A stretch of DNA of 64,000 nt from Desulfomonilia bacterium (GCA_963664325.2 CAXXDQ010000008.1:128001-192000); one strand, 5' to 3'. Counted from the stretch's first letter, positions 10,898 to 19,760 are shown. Notes: generated from the sequence alone by a model not told the origin. A program made the numbers and translations.

Positions 10898-11098
10898 GTG
10901 GTAAATGAAATTATGAAATTCATCGATGAAAAAGAAGCTGCAAGGATTACTGGAATTGCAGTCCAGACATTGAGGAATTATCGTCAGAAAAGTAAAGGCC
11001 CCGCATACTGCAAGGTCGGATCATCCATTAGGTATTTCTTGCCAGATTTGCAAGAGTTTATGCTGAAATGCCGGATTGACCCATCGACCAGAGTATAA
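10898..11098 (+). CDS. AlpA/excisionase-like HTH protein
   Basis: FIDEKEAARITGIAVQTLRNYR...GPAYCKVGSSIRY; AAGGAGG SD. Confidence 0.85.
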   Translation: MVNEIMKFIDEKEAARITGIAVQTLRNYRQKSKGPAYCKVGSSIRYFLPDLQEFMLKCRIDPSTRV

Positions 11099-11100
11099 TC

Positions 11101-11727
11101 ATGACAAGAAATCAAACCCCTCCACCCGTTGGGAGCGGATTGAGGGGGAAGGCAATCGAAAGGGCTCTAAATACTGAAAAAATAATGCCATGCCTCAACC
11201 TTGGTGTCAAGTCTACGTCTCCTATTAAGGAAAGCCTTCAAGCGCATGGCTGGGCGATTAAGAACACTGCGGTCTTATCACCTGAAATGATATACTCACG
11301 GGCTTTTAACACTCTCTCTCCAACAGCATTGCGAGTTCTAATTAGACTCCTTCAAAAACGTCATTGGGAGAAAACAGGCAAAAGGCGAAAGGCCGATATT
11401 AAATATACCAATAATGGACTGATTTTTACATACGCCGAAGCAGCCTGTTTTGGTATACCCCATGCCTCATTCAACCGCGCCATAAAGGAACTTGTGGCGA
11501 AAGGCTTTCTTGTCATTGAGCATCAAGGCGGGAGCTTTTCCCAGGGCAACAAAGACCCCTCGATATACGGTTTGGTTGGTGACTTCAAACATTACGGAAC
11601 CGACAACTATAAACCAAGAGAAAAGCCACCTTTAATTCGGTACAGTAGGGGATTCACAGAATTCAATGAAAAGAGAAAAACGAATTTGTCGCACTCACGG
11701 ATGACTGTTGATAACAGTCAATTATGA
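11101..11727 (+). CDS. putative replication initiator (winged-HTH)
   Basis: SRAFNTLSPTALRVL...FTYAEA..FGI...SFNRAIKELVAKGFL; follows alpA; iteron-like repeats at its 3' end. Confidence 0.55.
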   Translation: MTRNQTPPPVGSGLRGKAIERALNTEKIMPCLNLGVKSTSPIKESLQAHGWAIKNTAVLSPEMIYSRAFNTLSPTALRVLIRLLQKRHWEKTGKRRKADIKYTNNGLIFTYAEAACFGIPHASFNRAIKELVAKGFLVIEHQGGSFSQGNKDPSIYGLVGDFKHYGTDNYKPREKPPLIRYSRGFTEFNEKRKTNLSHSRMTVDNSQL

Positions 11728-11897
11728 GTGTCGAAGGGACAAAAACAAGCCGGAGAGGGGTATCAAAAATGGCTGTGGAAAAAAACAAGAGACGGGACCA
11801 GGAATCATCACATAAAGTGTATTTGTGGAAATATTACAGGCTTCAGGCAAATTTCACCTCTCCACAGTCACGGATGAGTGACTTTATATATTATACC
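11692..11897. repeat. iteron-like repeats plus AT-rich tract (putative origin)
   Basis: CASTCA-N4-TGASTG at 11692, 11715 and 11865, degenerate copy at 11760, then ACTTTATATATTATA. Confidence 0.55.
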
Positions 11898-12010
11898 AGC
11901 CCCTTGTCCTATCTGTTGGGCCTTTCAGGTTTTGACCTCAGACCAGACATAAACCATGCGCGGGCCGAAAAATCACAATACAGAAACAAAAATAATAAAG
12001 GAGAAAAAAC

Positions 12011-12241
12011 ATGTTGATCGCAGAAATGGAAAAAAACGCATTAGAAGTTATAAGGGTAAGTCTTACCGAATTTCACAACCACAGGTTTGTTGATTGCCGT
12101 GTGTATTACCAGGACGATCAAGGCGAGTGGAAGCCGACCAAAAAAGGCATCGCCCTGAACGAGGGCACTATTGACGGCGTGATAAAGGCCCTGGAAGAAG
12201 GGCGTGTGCAACTTCAATCGGATGAAGGTCCACAGTTATAG
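12011..12241 (+). CDS. PC4/YdbC-family ssDNA-binding protein
   Basis: IRVSLTEF...FVDCRVYY....GEWKPTKKGIAL. Confidence 0.9.
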   Translation: MLIAEMEKNALEVIRVSLTEFHNHRFVDCRVYYQDDQGEWKPTKKGIALNEGTIDGVIKALEEGRVQLQSDEGPQL

Positions 12242-12492
12242 GCCGGACACAGTTCCGGTGAAATGAAGGTATCAAGGTGTCGGCTAACTGAAAGCGGTAT
12301 GAGGAGCGTATGCCACGGCCAGCCTGTGCTTACCTGGGCAGGCTTATACCGGGGATGTTTTCAATGCCTTTTATTATATTATTATATTAACAATTTTGAA
12401 TACTAATATTTTATTATTATATAAGCAGATTCCTAATCTCGCAGGAACCTGGGATATTTGACATCCTGCCGGAATAGTAGCATTTAAAAAGC

Positions 12493-12966
12493 ATGAAAAC
12501 AGCAACGACGACAGAACCCAAAAGAAAGATAAGCAAGACGAGACTTGATTGTATGCTGCGAAGACGTAAAATAATCGAGGCATGTCTTGAAGGAAAACCC
12601 TTGAAAGAAACCGCTATTGCAGTGGGTTTATCGCCACGGTCAGCGGGAACACAGGTATCTCAAATATTAAAAGAACCGAAAGTTCAGCAGTATTTTGCCG
12701 AAATATTGGAGACAGAGGGGCTATCTGATAAAATATTGGCAGAAAAGCTCCAATATCTATTGAATGCTCGCAATATCATCTATTTTCAGCACAAAGGACG
12801 TGTTACTGATGAAAGGGATGTTCCGGCTCACGAAACACAACGCAAGACCCTGGAACTGATCGCCCGGCTGAAAGGCCACCTGAAAGAAGCTGATCGGGGT
12901 AGCGTAGATGTCCAGGTCAACCTCATGGGCCTTGTTGTCCAGGCACTAAAGCAGGATCAGGACTGA
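12493..12966 (+). CDS. terminase small subunit-like protein
   Basis: AIAVGLSPRSAGTQVSQILKEPKVQQYF resembles the TerS N-terminal HTH; C-terminal KTLELIARLKG helix. Confidence 0.65.
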   Translation: MKTATTTEPKRKISKTRLDCMLRRRKIIEACLEGKPLKETAIAVGLSPRSAGTQVSQILKEPKVQQYFAEILETEGLSDKILAEKLQYLLNARNIIYFQHKGRVTDERDVPAHETQRKTLELIARLKGHLKEADRGSVDVQVNLMGLVVQALKQDQD

Positions 12967-13341
12967 TTCTATAAATATGATGAGAGAAACTCGAATTGTT
13001 ACGGAGTAGTAACAATTCAAAGCTAGGGTCATGCTCTGATATGTGTTTTCAAACAAAGTTCTCTCTAGGGTGCTTTAAGCTCATTCTGAGGTCTATTTCA
13101 GGGCTTTCTGTTCATGTCTGATGAGTGCTTGCTTGCAGTGTGGTATGAATGATTGATGACAGTTAGCCACATCAATGGAATCTCTCATACCCCCCCCGTG
13201 GTAGTTGGAATACCCGAAAAACCGGCACTGCCCATTCAAGGAAAACCTATCAATGGGTACGCTACAGGTAGCGCATGCACCTTGTTTTAACACCATGATA
13301 ATATTAACATCTTGTAATTACAATAGGTTGCAGCGTTAAAA

Positions 13342-13369
13342 TGTCCCGATAAGGGTCATTATGTTAAAT
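13342..13369 (+). other. XerCD dif-like recombination site
   Basis: TGTCCCGATAA-GGGTCA-TTATGTTAAAT: 11-6-11 layout, right arm identical to the E. coli dif XerD arm. Confidence 0.75.
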
Positions 13370-13688
13370 TGCTATGGCAGTTGGTACATCCGGCAGGATA
13401 CTACCGCCTACCCATTGCAGGCATAGGCAAGGCAGTGTGGCAACAGAATACAATAATGATCTGCTGACAGGTATTCATTGTGGTGCCGAGCCGATGATCG
13501 ATATCAACCCTCCCTACCCACCAAAGGGGGGGGTATGCGGGCCACTAACCCGTCCTTTCAATATTAACAAGATAGCCACAGACTGCGATTCTATTTTTAA
13601 AAATTCCAAAAATAAAGGCAGGAGATTTAGTCTGGATCAATCGACAACTTGTTAAGGTCTCCAGATGAGACCTGCAAAACCTGTCCAT

Positions 13689-13719
13689 TCCAGATAACCT
13701 CAAGATATCTGGACTTTTT
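13689..13719 (+). terminator. putative terminator ending the island backbone
   Basis: TCCAGATA...TATCTGGA followed by CTTTTT. Confidence 0.45.
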
Positions 13720-13852
13720 ATGAGCCTTAAGAAATGAAAACATTCGTGATATACGTTATACTATTGCATGTATGGCTTTCAGTGCATATCTGCGGCAGAA
13801 ACCTATAGTTTTTCAACTTTATATAATGAAGATCCCTTTCGGAGATGATAAC

Positions 13853-14152
13853 GTGCCACGTAACCGGCTGGCGCGTTTTTTGCGCCAGTCCGAGTTGACG
13901 CGGTTGTTCTGGCCTTTTTTCATGCCCTGGTGGCTACTGGTAGTTTCAATCGCTTGCTCAGCCTTCACCGTGATCTTGATCCTGGGTCTTGTAGTTGCCT
14001 CTATCGCGCCTTTAGTCCGGCCTGTATCGTAGCTCCGCGGCCGCGCCAGCAGATTTGGCGTCGTCCCTTCGGAATGGTTTTTGATTCTGGCCTTTGTCGT
14101 GGCCGCTATTTATGATTGGGCAGAAAGAGCCGGCTCAGCAGCGACGCGTTAG
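13853..14152 (+). pseudogene. small membrane protein gene with internal TAG (cassette remnant)
   Basis: Hydrophobic frame continues past TAG at 14030-14032 (..LVRPVS*LRGRA..WFLILAFVVAAIYDW). Confidence 0.4.
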
Positions 14153-14181
14153 AGGCGACCGACTGAAGCCGAATATTAGCA
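14120..14181 (-). other. degenerate integron attC site (attC-1)
   Basis: Minus strand: TGCTAAT-5 nt-GCTTCAGT...GCTGAGC-6 nt-TTTCTGC; extra base in L''; core boxes mutated. Confidence 0.55.
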
Positions 14182-14239
14182 GATGTCATGTTTGGTTAAA
14201 CAACTTGATGATAATCACAGCATGATCCCTTTAGCTCTT

Positions 14240-14720
14240 TCAACCCCCGCCTATATCTTCGGCAACTTCGTCTGTCTTCTGCATTGCAGCTTCATAAATT
14301 AATCTATCCCTTGCATCAGCAAACTCGTAATAGAGATCTCGCGCGTATGTATCATCCATGTTTGGCAGTAAGTTAGTCGCGAAGATAGATGACTTCATTT
14401 CTATTTCTTTAGGGATAACGCCAGCAAAATACTCAGAAGGTTGCTTATTTGAAATCTTCTTGTTAGACGCAGAGGGCTGAAAACAGATATTGACCAGCCA
14501 ATTAATTTCATCAAACTTAAATCCTTTTTTAACTAGGAAGCTTCGGGGGAAGATATGATGATATTCTTTAGCGTTAAAGCAGGATAGCGCATCGCCAATA
14601 TTAATGCGGGCGCCATTCGTAAGATCTTGCGGGTGATTATCTGCCATTAATAATAGAGTTGCCTTTGACCACGGATCGTATCTAGACAAGGGTCTTTTGA
14701 AACTCCCTGGCTTTTGCTAG
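14240..14720 (-). pseudogene. C-terminal fragment of a GmrSD-like (DUF1524/HNH) restriction endonuclease
   Basis: EYHHIFP...N.LVNICF....SNKKISNKQPSEYF motif; N-terminal DUF262 part absent. Confidence 0.75.
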
Positions 14721-14724
14721 CATT

Positions 14725-15369
14725 TTGAGTCAGCTTGCGAAAACTCGGTCAAAGTGGTGGGAAATCGCTGGTAATCCCGAAGAACCATTTATGGAGCCAG
14801 TACCTTTAGAAGAATATAAAGAATTTAAAAAATTATTTTACGAACACCAGCTTTTCTTTGACAGCGATTGCCTTTTAGCAATTGACTTGGCCATTAAAGC
14901 TATGACTGATTCCTTCCCCGCCTATGACTTTGACGGACCACTCCAAAAAAAAGAATGTTGGGAATCATATGAGCGGCTTGAGTATATTCGGGATCGCATG
15001 GCCCAAATATTCCAAGAAAAGATCGGAGTTACCTCTGCCAATCAAGCAAAATATGAAATAGCCCTTCTTGCTTTAATAAAATTGCTTAACTCATATCATT
15101 TCTCTATAATTGGACTACCAGTTACAGGTAATTTGAAATTATCCTACCGTGATGAGGCCCATGAAGCTGTGACGAAGGCTAAACAAAACATTGGTGAGCT
15201 AATTACCAAGGCAAAAGAATTTACAGAGTATTTATTAAAAGAAGGTTACTTTCATGAAGCATCAACAACGGCAGATAGATGTCTGGCAATATTAGAAAAT
15301 GATCAATTTAAATTACTATCCAACCAAGTCGCTCCACCCGATCGCGGGCCGCTGGCCCGCTCCGGGTGA
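14725..15369 (+). pseudogene. 5'-truncated hypothetical cassette gene
   Basis: 214 codons open, no SD or ATG start; frame runs into attC-2. Confidence 0.55.
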
Positions 15370-15383
15370 GCTTTTCGTTAGCC
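15318..15383 (+). other. integron attC site (attC-2)
   Basis: R'' ATCCAAC, L'' GCTCCACCCG (extra C) pairs with CGGGTGAGC, inner hairpin GCGGGCC/GGCCCGC, R' GTTAGCC. Confidence 0.88.
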
Positions 15384-15418
15384 AGCCCACAAAAAAGTAA
15401 GCTTAATGGAGGAATGAA

Positions 15419-15619
15419 ATGATATTTGAAATCAAAGGCGGGAAACGGAATGGAGAACGCTTTGAGGCAGATTTTAAAGAAGGAACAAAGCTTTTTAAAA
15501 GAGGATATGTTACTGTGCATGATGTTGCCGCAGATGGATCAGTTATGACCTCAAAAGTTGTTAAGATAGAACCGGTTTTTGAGGCGCAACGAGATGAAGA
15601 GATAGTTGAACTCAAATAA
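15419..15619 (+). CDS. hypothetical 66-aa cassette protein
   Basis: GGAGG SD; single ORF between attC-2 and attC-3. Confidence 0.65.
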   Translation: MIFEIKGGKRNGERFEADFKEGTKLFKRGYVTVHDVAADGSVMTSKVVKIEPVFEAQRDEEIVELK

Positions 15620-15667
15620 GATAGAGACCAAGATTCCAATTACCGTAAAGACTAAACATAAAGAGTA

Positions 15668-15739
15668 GACTAACCATACCTTGCACTCGGACGGCAATTC
15701 TGCTACACTCTATTACCGCCATTGAAAGCCACGTTAGGT
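15668..15739 (+). other. integron attC site (attC-3)
   Basis: R'' GACTAAC (complements upstream GTTAGCC 6/7), CTTGCACTCGGACGGCAAT...ATTACCGCC, R' GTTAGGT. Confidence 0.8.
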
Positions 15740-15769
15740 ATACTTAATCTTCTTTTTTAGGGAGGTGAT

Positions 15770-16156
15770 ATGAGCGATAATTATTATCAAGAAGAGGAGC
15801 ATCCAGATATATATGAAACCACCAGTATATCAAATGCTCTAACATTTCAGTTTGAAGTAGTACTTACACAAATTCATTCACAATTAGCATCAAGCAAAAT
15901 CATTGTAGTTATTCTCTCCATCTCATTGACTCTTTCCACAATACTGTTTCAAGTACAACCTTATTGGATTTTTAAATCAGAACTCATGAAATTTCTTCCA
16001 GCAACGTTAGTATTAATTATTTTCTGTCTGGTAAACACTCTACTGAGGGTGCTTAAACTTTTTGAAGCAGCCCGAGAAGGAAGGAAAGCTCTATTGAAGT
16101 TGAATCAAGCTAAAGAAGAAGTTCTCTTTTTCGTCAATAATAAGGGCACTCTATGA
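15770..16156 (+). CDS. hypothetical 2-TM protein (cassette gene 1)
   Basis: GGAGGTG SD; two hydrophobic segments. Confidence 0.7.
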   Translation: MSDNYYQEEEHPDIYETTSISNALTFQFEVVLTQIHSQLASSKIIVVILSISLTLSTILFQVQPYWIFKSELMKFLPATLVLIIFCLVNTLLRVLKLFEAAREGRKALLKLNQAKEEVLFFVNNKGTL

Positions 16157-16677
16157 ACAAGATGGATGCAGAGCTTAGGTCTTTGGTAGCTGTGAATAAA
16201 GAGGCCACTCATATACTAGCATCTATAATCCGATCCTCCAATACAGCTTCAAAACAGTCTAGTTCCACACTTATTGGAACTCTGGGTGGGTTCATCGGTA
16301 TGGGCGTATCTTATGCCTTAACTTTAATCGCACCGATATCTTTACCAGTCGTTAGCGTTTTCCTTACAGGTTTGGGTATTATTATTGCTTTATTGGTTCA
16401 TCGTGGTCCACGAAGATTGAATTTTGAGATGCGACTAGAAGAGAATAGAATCTTAACTGAAGAAATTCTCTCAAGAATAAAGAACTTGCCTAGAAATGCG
16501 CCACAGGAAGTGAAGGATGAGCTATGGCATACTTATCAAACTTTAAATTCTATGCTCGGAAATCAAAGCAAAGATCATCTAGCATTGCCAGCACCAGGAT
16601 CATCGTCAGTAAAAAAAGTGCGTCATAAAGCTATTACAGAGCAGGACAATACTAATAATTCAAAGGTTGATACCTAA
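16153..16677 (+). CDS. hypothetical 2-TM protein (cassette gene 2)
   Basis: ATGA overlap with the upstream gene; glycine-rich TM hairpin; stop codon lies inside the R'' of attC-4. Confidence 0.72.
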   Translation: MNKMDAELRSLVAVNKEATHILASIIRSSNTASKQSSSTLIGTLGGFIGMGVSYALTLIAPISLPVVSVFLTGLGIIIALLVHRGPRRLNFEMRLEENRILTEEILSRIKNLPRNAPQEVKDELWHTYQTLNSMLGNQSKDHLALPAPGSSSVKKVRHKAITEQDNTNNSKVDT

Positions 16678-16735
16678 CCAGCCCATCCAGATGGACGCGG
16701 GCTGCCGCCTGCGCTGCTGATGTGCATCGTTGTAG
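16672..16735 (+). other. integron attC site (attC-4)
   Basis: R'' ACCTAAC (ATACCTAAC is the exact complement of GTTAGGTAT at the cassette start), CATCCAG..CGCGGGC/GCCTGCG..CTGATG, R' GTTGTAG. Confidence 0.82.
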
Positions 16736-17064
16736 TCATCTCCGGAAGAGAGTTCTAGTCTAAAAGTAACAAATTGAAATTTATAGTTTTATCATGTTAT
16801 TAATAATTGAAATCGATCTGAAAATAACTCATTTCTTGAGCCTCTCACTGGCTGGTTTGTATTTAAGATATCATCGGAAGACCAAAAGCTATTCTAGTTT
16901 TTTAAAAATGAGGATTTATCCCAGCTATTTGTACTCAGGTTTATGCTTTGAGCGGTTATTGTTTATATATATTCTGTTTCTCAGTTATTGCTTAAGCAGT
17001 AATCATAGCAAAATAATAAGAACCTACCAGTTATGAGCCGAGAGCCACCACGGATACATTACAT

Positions 17065-17505
17065 CTAATCATGAGATTTTCTGTTCCTAATTTCATCAAT
17101 CATTTTCTTGATATCATTCTTAACTGTTGAGGCTATTTTGTTCATCTTCCAAGAAAAATGAAAGAATGCCATTGCCAGAAACAGGCTGCTTAATGCCGGA
17201 ACCCAACACCACAATAATCTTGGCTGTACAATGGTCTGTATAAAAAATCCTGGTATCATCCCCATGAAGAGATGTGCCCATTGTCTATAATGCTTGGCCA
17301 TCTCATCATATTGATTGAAACTGGTTTGAAGACTCTCAAGTTTTTCCAGTTCAGTGTCCATGACAATAAAACCGAGGATGGGTGGGGGGATAGGAATTTT
17401 AATAGGACGCTTTATTGTTAATTTGTTATCGTACATAGGGGTAGTAAGATTATTGTGTTGCCTGCTCAGAATAAGTTTACGATTGGATCTTTTGACATCT
17501 ATCAT
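17065..17505 (-). CDS. hypothetical 2-TM cassette protein
   Basis: GGGAGGTG SD before ATG 17505; stop immediately followed by ATGTAAT, a degenerate R'' matching GTTACAT at 17622-17616. Confidence 0.6.
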   Translation of the reverse strand: MIDVKRSNRKLILSRQHNNLTTPMYDNKLTIKRPIKIPIPPPILGFIVMDTELEKLESLQTSFNQYDEMAKHYRQWAHLFMGMIPGFFIQTIVQPRLLWCWVPALSSLFLAMAFFHFSWKMNKIASTVKNDIKKMIDEIRNRKSHD

Positions 17506-17615
17506 GTCCCACCTCCCTTTTTGGGAATTGGCTATGAACGCCACTCCAAAACGGTATGCAAGGTCTAAATCCCTTGACTCGGGGAGGAAGTTGGCTTAAG
17601 CAGAAAGTGATTTGA

Positions 17616-17690
17616 ATGTAACGTTCTGTTATAAGCCGCCTTCCCGTCCCCGACCGGATCGGAAGGCGATTTCCTTCTTCTTTATAGACG
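17616..17690 (-). other. truncated attC site (attC-5) fused to fbp'
   Basis: Minus strand CGCCTTCC..GGAAGGCG hairpin then CTTATAAC-AGAAC-GTTACAT; left end replaced by fbp sequence. Confidence 0.6.
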
Positions 17691-18061
17691 AGGATATTTG
17701 ATGATCCGTCAAGGATATCGATCATCACTACATATTCGCCTTTTGGATAACCATCAGGAACAAGCACGACATCATCATCTTCCTCTGATGCCATAACGCA
17801 AACCTTGCCTATATAGCTGAGGGCATTTATAAAAGCCCTGTCGGCAAATACATCGAGCTTCTGCTGTTCGTCGCCAGTTATATTCTTTGCTCCAGCAGAA
17901 CCAAGAATATTTTCTGCAAGCCCCGCCTGCGAAACCTGTGCGGAAACCACCTTGGCAGCCAGGACTATCTGGGTCAACACCGAACTGAAATCCCCTGTTC
18001 CTCCGTAAAGCCTTTGCTCTTCTATTATATGCCTTTCAATAGTCATCAGGATGTCTTTCAT
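17691..18061 (-). pseudogene. fbp: 3'-truncated class I fructose-1,6-bisphosphatase
   Basis: GDEQQKLDVFAD, MASEE and D(I)LDGSSNI motifs; homology stops abruptly after GSSNI. Confidence 0.88.
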
Positions 18062-18075
18062 TGATCAGCCTCCAC

Positions 18076-18981
18076 TTATGATTGTATGTTCATGCTCCTG
18101 GCAAGCCAGCCTGTCATCTGGTCAACAACCATTTTCAGAACATCCCTCGGCAGGAAATATTCGCCTGCATTTTCTGACATCCAGCTGGTAATCTCTTCAG
18201 ACGTCAACTCCGCGCTGTTTGTTCTCTTCAATGAATCTTCTATCATCGTCCGGGTCTCAACCGCCGCCTTAATCGATTTGGGAATAAAGGACCTTGCGTC
18301 CTCGCCGGTAAAAGCCCCGTAATGTTCTGCACCATGAAAATCCACACCGTATCCAGCCATTTTAACAAGGCTTGCCTGATACAGATCAAAGTTCGAGTTT
18401 GCAGCTGCAAAAACCAGTCCCCCGAAAGGAATGCCGCCTGCATCAGAGGCAAAGAGGGCTTTTAACTCGGGGACATAAACAGCCATCGAGCATGTGCTGT
18501 GGCCGGGCACCATCATGAATTCAAGTGTCAGGTCTCCGATTCTTCTGGTTTCACCCTCGTCCGGCATGTCATCAACAGGTATTGTATCGAAATCCAATCC
18601 CAGTTCATCTGCCCTATCTGCCAGACCGTTGTTCGAAAGCACCATACGATTAATACCTTTTATCGCATCTATAACAGCAGGCTTGGCAAGCTGAACGGCT
18701 CCTCTGGCTGAAGCCGTTATACTAACCCACGGCCATCGCTTTTTAAAATACGGAACAATGCCTACATGATCGAAGTGCGAGTGATGGATCACCAGACGGC
18801 TTATCGACTTTTCGTAAGTACCTGTATTAGCAATCTGGCTTTGAACGTCAGGAACGATATAAGTCATTCCTCCGCCGAGAATCGCATACTCCGTCCTACC
18901 GTCAAGAAGATAGACGCATGATTCCCTGCGGCCTAAAAGTGTTATTCGGTCGGTTACTTTTCCGGGAGTGTTAAATATCAT
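18076..18981 (-). CDS. MBL-fold metallo-hydrolase
   Basis: HSHFDH, PGHS and SDA motifs. Confidence 0.9.
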   Translation of the reverse strand: MIFNTPGKVTDRITLLGRRESCVYLLDGRTEYAILGGGMTYIVPDVQSQIANTGTYEKSISRLVIHHSHFDHVGIVPYFKKRWPWVSITASARGAVQLAKPAVIDAIKGINRMVLSNNGLADRADELGLDFDTIPVDDMPDEGETRRIGDLTLEFMMVPGHSTCSMAVYVPELKALFASDAGGIPFGGLVFAAANSNFDLYQASLVKMAGYGVDFHGAEHYGAFTGEDARSFIPKSIKAAVETRTMIEDSLKRTNSAELTSEEITSWMSENAGEYFLPRDVLKMVVDQMTGWLARSMNIQS

Positions 18982-19068
18982 GACGGCCCCTAAATTAAAG
19001 TTTCATCATATCTTGTGAAGATTTTATATTTTAAAAATTTGCTTAGTGCGCCGACAAGATGCATTCGA

Positions 19069-19260
19069 TCAAGGAACCTGGGTAAAACCCTCTTCCTTTG
19101 CAAGCTCGTCAAAATCCAGCGTCAGAGCGTCCATTGTTTCCGCATCCGGTGAAATTTTATCCTTTGTATCAACGGCCTTGATATAATGGCCGCATTCCAT
19201 ACAGAAATATACCTTTACACCGTCAATGACTTCGACATCAAAAAAAGCTGGGTTTTTCAT
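19069..19260 (-). pseudogene. fdhE: C-terminal fragment of formate dehydrogenase accessory protein FdhE
   Basis: V..CMECGHYIKAVD...TLDFDELAKEEGF is the FdhE C-terminus; N-terminus missing. Confidence 0.7.
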
Positions 19261-19722
19261 GGTTAGTATTTCCACAATAAGTGCATTTAACCCTTGGGGA
19301 CCTCCATGAAAACCCATAGAATGTCTATTTGAGAACTCTCTGAGATTTTTTCAAATTCGACCTGTTGACGGAATATCGGTTTAGGCCTGTTTAAGTACTG
19401 CCGTGCTTATAATTACGAAGTGGTCAGCAAGCCACAGCCTCCCACAGCGATGATCCTTTGCGAGGCAATACAAACATCTTCACCTGGGCCTTGAGGGTGG
19501 GTAATACCTGTGGCGGTTATTTAATATCATGCCGGGGGTGCTAAACATAAAATATAAGCTTAGGCAATGAGGTTTGCTAAAATATTTCAGGGGAAGTGGG
19601 ATGAAGGTACTAATTCAGAAATGCCTACTTGTTATCAAAAGTTTCGCCAGAGAAACGGGACTGATTTCTTTCAAAACAAGCCTATGGGTGGGGGATAGTG
19701 TGGGGGACATACCTATGAAAAT

Positions 19723-19752
19723 GAAAAAGGGTTAGGCAAATCTACCTAACCA
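19723..19752 (-). terminator. terminator supplied by the island downstream of the intact tRNA-Glu
   Basis: Minus strand GGTTAGGTAGATTTGCCTAACC followed by CTTTTTC. Confidence 0.65.
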
Positions 19753-19760
19753 TTTGGAAT

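Noticed and set aside
11724-12017. 97-aa ORF between rep and PC4
   Set aside because: It overlaps the iteron/AT-rich region and has no recognisable features; probably non-coding origin DNA or a frameshifted Rep tail.
14030-14032. Pyrrolysine or readthrough at an in-frame TAG in a small membrane ORF
   Set aside because: No pyl genes in the window, and the region is visibly decayed cassette DNA.
16794-17036. 80-aa ORF after attC-4
   Set aside because: Very AT-rich, no SD, low-information composition; at best a decayed cassette.
19540-19568. Second dif-like site (TTATGTTTAGC on the minus strand)
   Set aside because: The XerD arm is imperfect and there is no XerC-like arm.
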